DNA from: Burkholderiales bacterium
Lineage (GTDB): Bacteria; Pseudomonadota; Gammaproteobacteria; Burkholderiales; Ga0077523
Direction: 5' to 3'
NCBI GenBank assembly: GCA_038324085.1
Contig: JBBQHP010000002.1
Span: forward strand, 110,443-174,442
Length of the DNA stretch: 64,000 nt
The notes below the pieces were generated by a model. That model was given only the letters and a program-made list of their open reading frames with translations. It made no database searches and had not been told where the DNA came from. Position 1 is the first letter of the stretch; every line of letters begins with the position of its first letter. Positions 22,681 through 31,699 of the stretch are shown here, one piece after another. Position numbers and translations under genes: made by a program.

Positions 22681-22801
22681 TTCGGTACGCGCGCGGTGAC
22701 CGGGACGGCCTTGAGGATCGGCCGCCGCGTCCCCAGTTGTCGTTTGTGAACCTTGTTTGCCCATCGATGGCAGCGCATTGGCGGGACCTCACGGAGGCGA
22801 A

Positions 22802-24235
22802 ATGGCCAGGCAATTCGATGTCGCAGTAATCGGCGCAGGGCCCGGCGGATACACCGCCGCGATCCGCGCCGCGCAACTCAAGCTGTCCACGGTCTGCATC
22901 GATGGATGGAAGAACGCACAGGGCAAACCGGCTCTCGGCGGCACGTGCCTCAACGTGGGCTGCATTCCGTCCAAGGCGCTGCTGGAGTCTTCGGAGAACT
23001 ACGAACGTGCGCTGCACAAGTTCGGAGACCATGGCATCACGGTGAAATCGGTGGCCATCGACGTGGCGAAGATGCAGGCGCGCAAGGACAAGATCGTCGA
23101 TACGTTCACCAGCGGCATCTCGCTGCTGTTCAAGAAGAACAAAGTCGACTCGATGCACGGCTTCGGTCGTTTCGCGGGGACCGCGGAAGGCGGATTCCAG
23201 ATCGAAGTCCAGGGCGATGCCGGCGTCGAGACGATCGAGGCGCGCCACGTCATCATCGCCACCGGTTCGCTGCCGCGTCCACTGCCGGGCGCGGAGATCG
23301 ACAACGCCCTGGTGTGCGACAACATCGGCGCGCTGTCTTTCGATGCCGTGCCGAAGCGCCTGGGGGTGATCGGCGCCGGCGTGATCGGGCTCGAGATGGG
23401 CAGCGTCTGGCGCCGCCTGGGCGCGGAAGTGACCGTGCTCGAAGCGCTGCCGACTTTTCTCGGTGCGGCCGACGAACACATCGCGAAGGAAGCATTCCGC
23501 CAGTTCAGCGGACCGCTCGGGCTCAAGATCTACACCGGCATGAAGGTCAACGCGGTCACCATCGGCAAGAACGTCGTCAACATCGACCACGAGGATCGCG
23601 ACGGCAAGAAACATCGTGTGGAATTCGACCGCCTGATCATCGCTATCGGTCGCGTACCCAATACCGCCGGCCTGAATGCGGATGCGGTCGGCCTCAAGCT
23701 CGATCCGAGAGGGTTCGTGCAGGTGGACGCGGACTGCCGGACCAACGTACCGAACCTCTACGCCATCGGCGACGCGGTGCGTGGCCCCATGCTCGCGCAC
23801 AAGTCCTCGGAAGAGGGCGTCGCGGTCGCCGAGACGATCGCGGGACAGTCGCCGCACGTGAATCTCGACACCGTCCCGTGGGTGATCTACACCGCACCCG
23901 AGATCGCCTGGGTCGGCAAGACGGAGCAGGAGCTGAAGGCGCAGGGCGTCGCTTATCGCTCCGGGCAGTTTCCGTTCATCGCGTCGGGTCGGGCGCGTGC
24001 GCTCGGCGAGACCGCGGGATTCTGCAAGATGCTTGCCGACAGCGCGACCGATCGGATCCTCGGCGTTCACATCATCGGCCCGTTCGCTTCCGAGCTGATC
24101 TCGGAAGCCGTGGTCGCCATGGAGTTCTCGGCCACCAGCGAGGACATCGCCCGGATCGTGCATGCCCACCCATCGCTGTCGGAGGCGATGCACGAGGCTG
24201 CGCTGGGTGTGGACAAGCGCGCGCTCAACATCTGA
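22802..24235 (+). CDS. lpdA: Dihydrolipoyl dehydrogenase (E3)
   Basis: ATG at 22802. FDVAVIGAGPGGY and redox-active GGTCLNVGCIPSK. Confidence 0.95.
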   Translation: MARQFDVAVIGAGPGGYTAAIRAAQLKLSTVCIDGWKNAQGKPALGGTCLNVGCIPSKALLESSENYERALHKFGDHGITVKSVAIDVAKMQARKDKIVDTFTSGISLLFKKNKVDSMHGFGRFAGTAEGGFQIEVQGDAGVETIEARHVIIATGSLPRPLPGAEIDNALVCDNIGALSFDAVPKRLGVIGAGVIGLEMGSVWRRLGAEVTVLEALPTFLGAADEHIAKEAFRQFSGPLGLKIYTGMKVNAVTIGKNVVNIDHEDRDGKKHRVEFDRLIIAIGRVPNTAGLNADAVGLKLDPRGFVQVDADCRTNVPNLYAIGDAVRGPMLAHKSSEEGVAVAETIAGQSPHVNLDTVPWVIYTAPEIAWVGKTEQELKAQGVAYRSGQFPFIASGRARALGETAGFCKMLADSATDRILGVHIIGPFASELISEAVVAMEFSATSEDIARIVHAHPSLSEAMHEAALGVDKRALNI

Positions 24236-24257
24236 TTCCCGGCGGGCCAACCCGGTC

Positions 24258-25388
24258 ATGTCCAAACCGGCTTCGCGCCCGGTCAGGCAGGTCGCAATGA
24301 GCCGGAGTCCGCTGGCGGCGTGGATGCAGGCGCGGGCGGTGGAGCAGGGTTTTTGTCTCGATGCTGCGCAGCAGGACGCCGTGCGGGTCTTCGAGCGCAT
24401 CGAGCGTGACCTGGGCCGAGCGAATGTCGAGCGCAAGGGCTGGTTGCGATTCCTGCAGCCGGAGCCCGCGCCGGTCCGGGGCATGTACCTCTGGGGCGGG
24501 GTGGGCCGAGGCAAGAGCTTCCTCATGGACAGCTTCTTCGCGTTCGTCGGCGCCGCGCCGAAGCAGCGCGAGCATTTCCACCGGTTCATGCAGGGCATTC
24601 ACGGCGATCTGAAGCGCCTGCAAGGCCAGGCAGAACCGATGCAGGCGGTGGCCGAACGCGTGGCCGGCGAGGCGCGCCTGCTTTGCCTGGATGAGTTCCA
24701 GGTGACCGACATCGGCGACGCGATGCTGATGAGAAAGTTGCTGGAAGGCCTGTTCGAGCGCGGCGTGACGCTCGTGACGACTTCGAACACGCCGCCGGAC
24801 CACCTCTACCTGCACGGTTTGCAGCGTGCGCAATTCCTGCCCGCGATCGAGCTTCTGCAGGACCGGGTCGAAGTAGTCCGGATGGACGGAAGCGTGGACT
24901 ACCGTCAACGCACTCTCGAACTGGCCGGCACCTGGCACATGCCGTTGGGCGAGGCTGCCACTCGCGCGCTCGCCGAGACGTTCCTGCACGTCGCCGGAAC
25001 GTCGGGACACCCCGAATCCCTCGACATCGAAGGCCGGTCGATCGAGGCGCAGCGGGTTGCCGGCGGCGTTGCGTGGTTCGATTTCGAAGCCTTGTGTGAC
25101 GGTCCGCGCGCACAGGCGGATTACATCGAACTCGCCCGGCGCTTCCACACGGTGCTGCTCGACCGGCTGCCGCGTTTCGCCGCCAGCGGCGAAGCCGACC
25201 GGATGCGCCGACTGACCTGGCTGGTCGACGAATTCTACGACCGGCGGGTGAAGCTCATCGTCGCTGCCGCGGTCCCGGCCATGGAATTGTTTTCTGACGT
25301 GGCGACCACCAGCGAGCTGGATCGCACCGCGAGCCGGCTTGCCGAAATGCAGACGCATCACTATCTCGGCGAAGCCCATCTGGGCTGA
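24258..25388 (+). CDS. zapE: Cell division protein ZapE (AFG1-like ATPase)
   Basis: Walker A GGVGRGKSFLMD. AFG1 family pattern. The position downstream of lpdA is conserved in proteobacteria. Start is ambiguous (24258 or 24297). Confidence 0.85.
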   Translation: MSKPASRPVRQVAMSRSPLAAWMQARAVEQGFCLDAAQQDAVRVFERIERDLGRANVERKGWLRFLQPEPAPVRGMYLWGGVGRGKSFLMDSFFAFVGAAPKQREHFHRFMQGIHGDLKRLQGQAEPMQAVAERVAGEARLLCLDEFQVTDIGDAMLMRKLLEGLFERGVTLVTTSNTPPDHLYLHGLQRAQFLPAIELLQDRVEVVRMDGSVDYRQRTLELAGTWHMPLGEAATRALAETFLHVAGTSGHPESLDIEGRSIEAQRVAGGVAWFDFEALCDGPRAQADYIELARRFHTVLLDRLPRFAASGEADRMRRLTWLVDEFYDRRVKLIVAAAVPAMELFSDVATTSELDRTASRLAEMQTHHYLGEAHLG

Positions 25389-25415
25389 CCATCACAAGAT
25401 CAGGGAGGAGACCGC

Positions 25416-26408
25416 ATGAGCACTTTCAAGGCATTTCGCATCTTCAACGAAGACGGCAAAGTGGCGAGCCGCTTGGTCGACATGACGCTCGACGAGCTCG
25501 ATCCGGGCGAAGTCGTGATCCGGACCGCATGCTCGAGCATCAATTTCAAGGATGCCCTTGCTGCAACCGGTGCCGGCAAGATCATCCGGCGCTTCCCCTG
25601 CAACGGCGGCATCGACGGTGCGGGCGTGGTGGAGTCCTCCACCGATGCGGCATTCAAGCCGGGCGATGCCGTCATCTGCACCAGCTATGACGTGGGTGTC
25701 GCGCACGATGGCGGCTACGCCGGTTACATGCGCGTGCCGGCCGCCTGGGTCGTGCCGATGCCCGGTGGCTTGAGCGCACACGAAGCGATGGCGCTCGGTA
25801 CGGCGGGCTTCACCGCAGGTCTCGCGGTGGCGCGCATGGAGGCGAATGGCTTGAAGCCCGCCAACGGGCCCGTGATCGTGAGCGGTGCGACCGGGGGTGT
25901 CGGGTCGGTCGCGGTCGACATCCTGTCGCATCTCGGCTATCACGTGGTGGCGCTCACCGGCAAGGAGGCGGAAACTGACTACCTGAAGAAGCTCGGGGCG
26001 AAGGAAGTGATGCTGCGTTCCAGTCTGAATCTCGAAAAGATCAAACCGCTCGACAAGGCGACCTGGGCCGGCGCCGTGGACAACCTCGGCGGGGACGTGC
26101 TGTCGTGGATGGCGAGCACCATGCAGGTCGGTGGCACCGTCGCCGCTATCGGGCTGGCGGCGAGCCACGTATTCAACACCACGGTGATGCCCTTCATCCT
26201 GCGCGGTGTGACGCTGTGCGGCGTCGACTCGGTCAACTGCGCGATGCCCCTGCGGCGCGAAGTCTGGAACAGGCTCGGCTCGGACATGAAACCGCAGCAC
26301 CTCCCGGACATGACCCGAACGATCGGATTCGCCGAACTGCCCGGGGCCTTCGACGCGTTCATCAAGGGCAACGTCCGCGGCCGGACAGTCGTGCACATCG
26401 GTGGCTAG
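25416..26408 (+). CDS. acuI: YhdH/AcuI-type NADPH-dependent acrylyl-CoA reductase (MDR superfamily)
   Basis: 330 aa that can be aligned by eye along its full length with E. coli YhdH (SSINFKDALA..GKIIRRFP, GATGGVGS, QGRTVV-type C-terminus). Confidence 0.85.
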   Translation: MSTFKAFRIFNEDGKVASRLVDMTLDELDPGEVVIRTACSSINFKDALAATGAGKIIRRFPCNGGIDGAGVVESSTDAAFKPGDAVICTSYDVGVAHDGGYAGYMRVPAAWVVPMPGGLSAHEAMALGTAGFTAGLAVARMEANGLKPANGPVIVSGATGGVGSVAVDILSHLGYHVVALTGKEAETDYLKKLGAKEVMLRSSLNLEKIKPLDKATWAGAVDNLGGDVLSWMASTMQVGGTVAAIGLAASHVFNTTVMPFILRGVTLCGVDSVNCAMPLRREVWNRLGSDMKPQHLPDMTRTIGFAELPGAFDAFIKGNVRGRTVVHIGG

Positions 26409-26476
26409 AACGAGACTTTCACGACGTTCCGTGGGCGCGCAGCGCTCCCGCCGGAACCGCACCAGGGAGAGGTGAC

Positions 26477-28378
26477 ATGGGCGAGATCTACCGGGCGTTT
26501 CATCGCCGATCCCTCGACGATCGTGACGGCTTCTGGCGCGAACAGGCCGCACTGATCGACTGGCATCGCCCGTTCGACCAGGTGCTGGACTACTCGCGCC
26601 CGCCATTCGCAAGGTGGTTCATCGGCGGGGAGACCAACCTGTGCTACAACGCGGTGGATCGGCACCTGGCCGCGCGCGGCGATCAGCCGGCGCTGGTCTA
26701 TATTTCCACCGAGACCGATCAGCAGAAAAGTTTCACCTACCGCGAGCTGTACGCGGAAGTCAATCGCTGCGCCGCGATGATGCGCGCGCTCGGCGTCGGC
26801 AAGGGCGATCGCGTGCTCGTCTACATGCCGATGATCCCGGAAGCGGTGTTCGCGATGCTCGCCTGCGCACGCATTGGTGCGATCCATTCGGTCGTGTTCG
26901 GCGGATTCGCCTCGCACAGTCTTGCGTCCCGCATCGATGACGCGCAGCCGAGACTCGTCGTGTCGGCGGACGCGGGCATGCGCGCGGGCAAGGTGGTGCG
27001 GTACAAGCCGCTGCTCGACGAGGCCATCCGCCTCGCCCGGTCGAAACCCGCGCACGTGCTGCTCGTGAACCGCGACCTCGATCCGGATCTCCAGCGCGAG
27101 TCGCCGCGCGACGTCGATTGGCATGCCCTGCGCGAAGCGCATTTCGATGCGACGGTGCCGGTGACATGGCTCGAAGCGAACGAGACGTCGTACATCCTCT
27201 ATACCTCCGGCACCACCGGCAAGCCGAAAGGCGTGCAGCGCGATGTCGGCGGCTACGCGGTCGCGCTCACCGCTTCGATGAAATACATCTTCTGCGGCCA
27301 TGCCGGCGAGACCATGTTCACCACCTCCGACATCGGCTGGGTGGTAGGGCATTCCTACATCGTGTACGGGCCGTTGCTGGCGGGCATGACCACGATCCTG
27401 TACGAAGGCACACCGATCCGCCCGGATGCCGGAATCTGGTGGCAGATCGTGCAGGATCACAAGGCGAGCGTGATGTTCTCGGCCCCCACCGCAATCCGGG
27501 TGTTGAAGAAGCAGGACCCCGCGTTCATCACCAAGCACGACCTGTCTTCGCTGCGCCATCTTTTCCTGGCCGGCGAGCCGCTCGACGAGCCGACGCATCG
27601 CTGGATCAGCGAAGCGCTGAACAAACCCGTCATCGATCACTACTGGCAGACCGAGACCGGCTGGCCGATGCTCACCGCGATGCCCGGCGTGGAGGAGACG
27701 CCGATCAAGTTCGGCAGTCCGTCGTTTCCGGCCTACGGCTACGATCTGCGCCTGCTGCGCGAGGCGGATGCGAGCGAAGCCGGAGCGAACGAAAAGGGTG
27801 TCGTCGTGCTGGTGCCGCCGCTGCCGCCGGGCTGTCTGACCACCATATGGGGTGACGACGAACGTTTCGTCAGCACCTACTTTTCCACGTTCCGCGACCG
27901 GCAGGTGTACGCCTCGTTCGACTGGGGCATGCGCGATGCCGAGGGCTACTACACCATCCTCGGTCGCACGGACGATGTGATCAATGTCGCCGGGCACCGG
28001 CTCGGCACGCGCGAGATCGAAGAAGCGGTTCAGGGGCACGCGGCGATCGCCGAAGTGGCGGTGGTCGGTGTGTCGGATCCCCTGAAGGGTCAGATGCCGC
28101 TCGCGTTCGCTGTGGTGAAGGATCCGGCGCTGCTCGCCACGCCAGCGGCGCGGGCGGCGCTGGAAAAGGAGGTGCTGGCGACCGTCGATGCGCAGCTCGG
28201 TGCGATCGGGCGCCCCTCGCGAGTGCATTTCATCAACATGTTGCCGAAGACGCGCTCGGGCAAGCTGCTCCGCCGCAGCATCCAGGCGATCGCCGAAGGG
28301 CGCGATCCCGGCGACCTCACCACGCTGGAGGATCCGGCGGCGCTTGACCAGATTCGCGAAGCTGTCACCGGCCGCTGA
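26477..28378 (+). CDS. prpE: Propionate--CoA ligase (acyl-CoA synthetase family)
   Basis: ATG at 26477 with SD GGGAGAGG. The N-terminus FWREQAALIDWHRPF..PPFARWF..TNLCYNAVDRHL resembles PrpE. AMP-binding motif YTSGTTGKPKG. Confidence 0.85.
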   Translation: MGEIYRAFHRRSLDDRDGFWREQAALIDWHRPFDQVLDYSRPPFARWFIGGETNLCYNAVDRHLAARGDQPALVYISTETDQQKSFTYRELYAEVNRCAAMMRALGVGKGDRVLVYMPMIPEAVFAMLACARIGAIHSVVFGGFASHSLASRIDDAQPRLVVSADAGMRAGKVVRYKPLLDEAIRLARSKPAHVLLVNRDLDPDLQRESPRDVDWHALREAHFDATVPVTWLEANETSYILYTSGTTGKPKGVQRDVGGYAVALTASMKYIFCGHAGETMFTTSDIGWVVGHSYIVYGPLLAGMTTILYEGTPIRPDAGIWWQIVQDHKASVMFSAPTAIRVLKKQDPAFITKHDLSSLRHLFLAGEPLDEPTHRWISEALNKPVIDHYWQTETGWPMLTAMPGVEETPIKFGSPSFPAYGYDLRLLREADASEAGANEKGVVVLVPPLPPGCLTTIWGDDERFVSTYFSTFRDRQVYASFDWGMRDAEGYYTILGRTDDVINVAGHRLGTREIEEAVQGHAAIAEVAVVGVSDPLKGQMPLAFAVVKDPALLATPAARAALEKEVLATVDAQLGAIGRPSRVHFINMLPKTRSGKLLRRSIQAIAEGRDPGDLTTLEDPAALDQIREAVTGR

Positions 28379-28382
28379 GTCG

Positions 28383-29489
28383 TCAGGCGCGCCGGGTGAT
28401 CTTCGGAGTGGCCTCGCGCAATTGCGGAAATGCCTCTTCGAGCCGTTCCACGTCACCCACCCGGGGTGCCGAGTAGCCGGGTAGTTCCGCGACCATGGCC
28501 GCGAAGCGCTCGCTCCTCACGAGTGCGAGCAACTCGATGACTTCCGGGCGCTCCAGCGTCCGGGTATTGCAGACGAAGACGTAGCGCTCGGTCGCGAGCG
28601 GGATGAAGTCCAGACGGAACTGGCGCGCGGCCGGTTCCACGCCGAACCCCGCGTCGGCGGCGCCGCTCGCTACGTACGCCGCGACCGCCGCATGCGTGAA
28701 CTCCTCGGTCCGGTAGCCTTCGATGCGGCGAGGGTCAATGCCCGCCTCGACCAGGATCTGGTCGAACAGCAGCCGCGTGCCCGCGTCCTTCTGACGATTG
28801 ATGAACGTGACGTCGGCCCGCGGGAGGTCGAGCACTCCCTGGATATTCTTGGGGTTGCCCTGGGCCACGAACAGGCCTTGCGTGCGCGTGACCAGATGGA
28901 TGATCCGCTGGTTGGCAGGTTGCAGCCAGCGCGCGTACTGGTCCAGGGCCGCCTTCGCAAGTCGACCCTCGGGCACGTGCAGGCCGGCCAGATCGCAGGT
29001 TTCCTTCGACAGCGAGGTCAGGGCCTCGACGCTGCCGGAATAGCGCAGGACGAGCTGGATGCGATCCTGGTCATTCAGCAGTTCGGGGATACGCGCCACG
29101 GCGAAGCCGTGAGACGCGTGGATGCGGATGGTCGCGGCAGCGGTCGCGAGGAGGCGGCTGATCTCCAGGTTGAGCTCCGAGGCGACGGAATCCAGCTGCA
29201 GTGCCAGCCGGGCGCTCACGCGCTGCTCGGCCCAGAGCAGGCGTTCGGCCAGGGGCGTCAGGAACGCACCCTTGCCGCGCTCGAACCGCACCAGCGGGGC
29301 CCCGAAGAACGCGTTCCAGCGCTCGACCAGATTCCAGGCATGGCGATAGGACATCCCGACGCGGCGGACGGCTTCGGTCAGCTTGCCGGTGTCGTGGATC
29401 GCATTGAGCATGGCGAAGAGTTCCGGACCCAGGTGTTGGCCGTCTTCGCTCTCCACCACCCAGGTCGACTTGATGCTCAGGCGCTTCAT
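28383..29489 (-). CDS. ModE-like HTH regulator fused to a periplasmic-binding-protein-like (PBP) domain
   Basis: N-terminus LFAMLNAIHDTGKLTEAVRRVGMSYRHAWNLVERWN is a ModE-type HTH, with a roughly 250-aa PBP-like C-terminal domain. Divergent from the fds operon. Confidence 0.75.
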   Translation of the reverse strand: MKRLSIKSTWVVESEDGQHLGPELFAMLNAIHDTGKLTEAVRRVGMSYRHAWNLVERWNAFFGAPLVRFERGKGAFLTPLAERLLWAEQRVSARLALQLDSVASELNLEISRLLATAAATIRIHASHGFAVARIPELLNDQDRIQLVLRYSGSVEALTSLSKETCDLAGLHVPEGRLAKAALDQYARWLQPANQRIIHLVTRTQGLFVAQGNPKNIQGVLDLPRADVTFINRQKDAGTRLLFDQILVEAGIDPRRIEGYRTEEFTHAAVAAYVASGAADAGFGVEPAARQFRLDFIPLATERYVFVCNTRTLERPEVIELLALVRSERFAAMVAELPGYSAPRVGDVERLEEAFPQLREATPKITRRA

Positions 29490-29564
29490 AGGCAGTTTAT
29501 TGCATATTGAGGGATCGGTAGCACCTTGTTATTTTGCAAGGTAGAAGTGCCCATTTCCACAACT

Positions 29565-29584
29565 ATATGCAAAGAATCGCATAT
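29565..29584. promoter_or_regulatory. Candidate operator ATATGC-N8-GCATAT in the AT-rich regulator/fdsG divergent region; a third GCATAT copy lies at 29502..29507
   Basis: Perfect 6-bp inverted repeat read from the sequence. TATAT-type half-sites are reminiscent of ModE operators. The local AT-richness contrasts with the GC-rich surroundings. Confidence 0.3.
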
Positions 29585-29646
29585 GAAATGGAGGCCACAA
29601 AGGTCGATCTTCGACCAGGCCGGCAGCGCTTTTCGGAGGAGAGGTC

Positions 29647-30117
29647 ATGGAAGCAGCAGCATCCCGCGGCGTCGATGACGCACTCGCCCGTCTGAAAGAC
29701 ACGCGCGGCGGGCTCTTGCCCATTCTTCACGCCATCCAGGATCAACTGGGACATGTTCCGGGCGACGCCGTTCCGGTGATCGCCAGGGCGCTGAACCTGT
29801 CGCGCGCCGAAGTCCACGGTGTGGTGACCTTCTATCACCACTTCCGCTCGACGGCGCCTGGTCGGCACACACTCCAGATGTGCCGCGCGGAGGCTTGTCA
29901 GAGCATGGGTGCCAACCAGCTTGCTGACCACGTCCGGCAGCGCCTCGATATCGCGTTTCACGAGACCACCCCGGACGGCAACATCACGCTCGAACCGGTC
30001 TATTGTCTCGGCAATTGTGCCTGTTCCCCGGCGCTCCTGCTCGATGGTGAGCCGCACGGGCGCATGACTGCCGAACGCATCGACAAGCTGATCCTGTCGC
30101 TGGAGCAAGATCGATGA
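29647..30117 (+). CDS. fdsG: NAD-dependent formate dehydrogenase gamma subunit (NuoE-like, 2Fe-2S)
   Basis: 156 aa. [16 protein letters not shown] and the C..C...C..C pattern of NuoE/HoxF-type thioredoxin-like ferredoxins. Confidence 0.88.
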   Translation: MEAAASRGVDDALARLKDTRGGLLPILHAIQDQLGHVPGDAVPVIARALNLSRAEVHGVVTFYHHFRSTAPGRHTLQMCRAEACQSMGANQLADHVRQRLDIAFHETTPDGNITLEPVYCLGNCACSPALLLDGEPHGRMTAERIDKLILSLEQDR

Positions 30118-31673
30118 GCACGCGCGTATTCGTGCCAGGGGATTCCACTGCGTTGAGCCTGGGCGCGGATGCCGTGGCGCGGGCCATCGCCGGGGAGGCG
30201 GCGCGGCGCGGTGACCCCGTGACGATCGTACGCAACGGGACGCGCGGCCTGATGTGGCTTGAGCCGCTGGTCGAGGTCGAGACGCCGGCGGGGCGGATGG
30301 GCTACGGCCCGGTCACGACCGAGGATGTCGGTGGCCTGTTCGACGCCGGCTTTCTGCGGGGCGAACCCCACGCGCTCGCGATCGGCAAAGTCGACGCGCA
30401 TCCCTATCTGGCGCGCCAGGAGCGTCTGTGCTTTGCGCGCATGGGTGTGATCGACCCGCTTTCGTACGATGACTATGCCGCGCACGAGGGCTGGGCCGGA
30501 CTGCGCAAGGCGATCGCGATGGCGCGTCCCGACGCAGTCGCCGTCGTGACGGATTCGGGCCTGCGTGGGCGGGGCGGTGCGGCATTTCCCACCGGAATCA
30601 AATGGAAGACCGTGCTCGAGACGGCCGCTGACCAGAAATACGTGGTGTGCAATGCTGACGAAGGCGATTCGGGCACCTTCTCCGATCGCATGACGATGGA
30701 AGGTGACCCGTTCGTGCTGATCGAGGGCATGGCGATCTCGGGCATCGCGACCGGGGCGAACCGCGGGTACATCTACGTGCGCTCCGAATACCCGCATGCG
30801 GAACGCACCCTGAATGCCGCGATCCGGATCGCGTACGAACGCGGCGCTCTCGGCGCCGACGTACTGGGTTCCGGCCAGCGCTTCGATCTCGAAGTGCGTC
30901 GCGGCGCCGGGGCGTATATCTGCGGCGAGGAAACGTCGCTGCTCGAAAGCCTCGAAGGCAAGCGGGGCATGGTCCGGTTCAAGCCCCCCGTGCCCGCGGT
31001 CGCCGGCCTGTTCGGCAGGCCCACGGTGGTGAACAACGTCATCACCTTCGCGTCGCTGCCGATCATCTTCGATCGAGGCGCCGCTTTCTATCGTGAATAC
31101 GGCATGGGGCGCTCCTGCGGGACGTTGCCGATCCAACTCGCCGGCAACGTCAAGCACGGTGGCCTGGTCGAGAAGGCATTTGGCATCACGTTGCGCGAAC
31201 TGCTCTACGACTTCGGCGGCGGCTCGGCGACGGGGCGCCCGATCCGGGCGGTCCAGGTCGGCGGACCCCTCGGCGCCTACCTGCCCGAATCCCAGTTCGA
31301 CACGCCGCTCGACTACGAGTCGTTTGCTGCCATCGGCGCGATGGTGGGACATGGCGGCATCGTGGTCTTCGACGACAGCGTCGACATGGCCCGGATGGCC
31401 CGCTACGCCATGGAGTTCTGTGCCATCGAATCGTGCGGCAAGTGCACGCCATGTCGCATCGGCTCGGTCCGGGGCGTCGAGACCATCGACAAGATCATCG
31501 CGGGCCGCGACGTCGGCGCGGAGATCGCGGTGCTCGAAAGCCTATGCGACACGATGCTGCATGGCTCACTGTGCGCGATGGGCGGCATGACGCCGTTTCC
31601 GGTGCTGAGCGCGCTGAAGCATTTCCCTGAAGACTTCGGCCTCGGTCGCGACCGACTCGCGGCGGCCGCCTGA
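30114..31673 (+). CDS. fdsB: NAD-dependent formate dehydrogenase beta subunit (NuoF-like, FMN/NAD/4Fe-4S)
   Basis: 519 aa with [22 protein letters not shown] and [10 protein letters not shown] motifs. ATGA overlap with fdsG. Confidence 0.9.
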   Translation: MSTRVFVPGDSTALSLGADAVARAIAGEAARRGDPVTIVRNGTRGLMWLEPLVEVETPAGRMGYGPVTTEDVGGLFDAGFLRGEPHALAIGKVDAHPYLARQERLCFARMGVIDPLSYDDYAAHEGWAGLRKAIAMARPDAVAVVTDSGLRGRGGAAFPTGIKWKTVLETAADQKYVVCNADEGDSGTFSDRMTMEGDPFVLIEGMAISGIATGANRGYIYVRSEYPHAERTLNAAIRIAYERGALGADVLGSGQRFDLEVRRGAGAYICGEETSLLESLEGKRGMVRFKPPVPAVAGLFGRPTVVNNVITFASLPIIFDRGAAFYREYGMGRSCGTLPIQLAGNVKHGGLVEKAFGITLRELLYDFGGGSATGRPIRAVQVGGPLGAYLPESQFDTPLDYESFAAIGAMVGHGGIVVFDDSVDMARMARYAMEFCAIESCGKCTPCRIGSVRGVETIDKIIAGRDVGAEIAVLESLCDTMLHGSLCAMGGMTPFPVLSALKHFPEDFGLGRDRLAAAA

Positions 31674-31699
31674 CGAACAGCATCACGAGGAGAACCATC

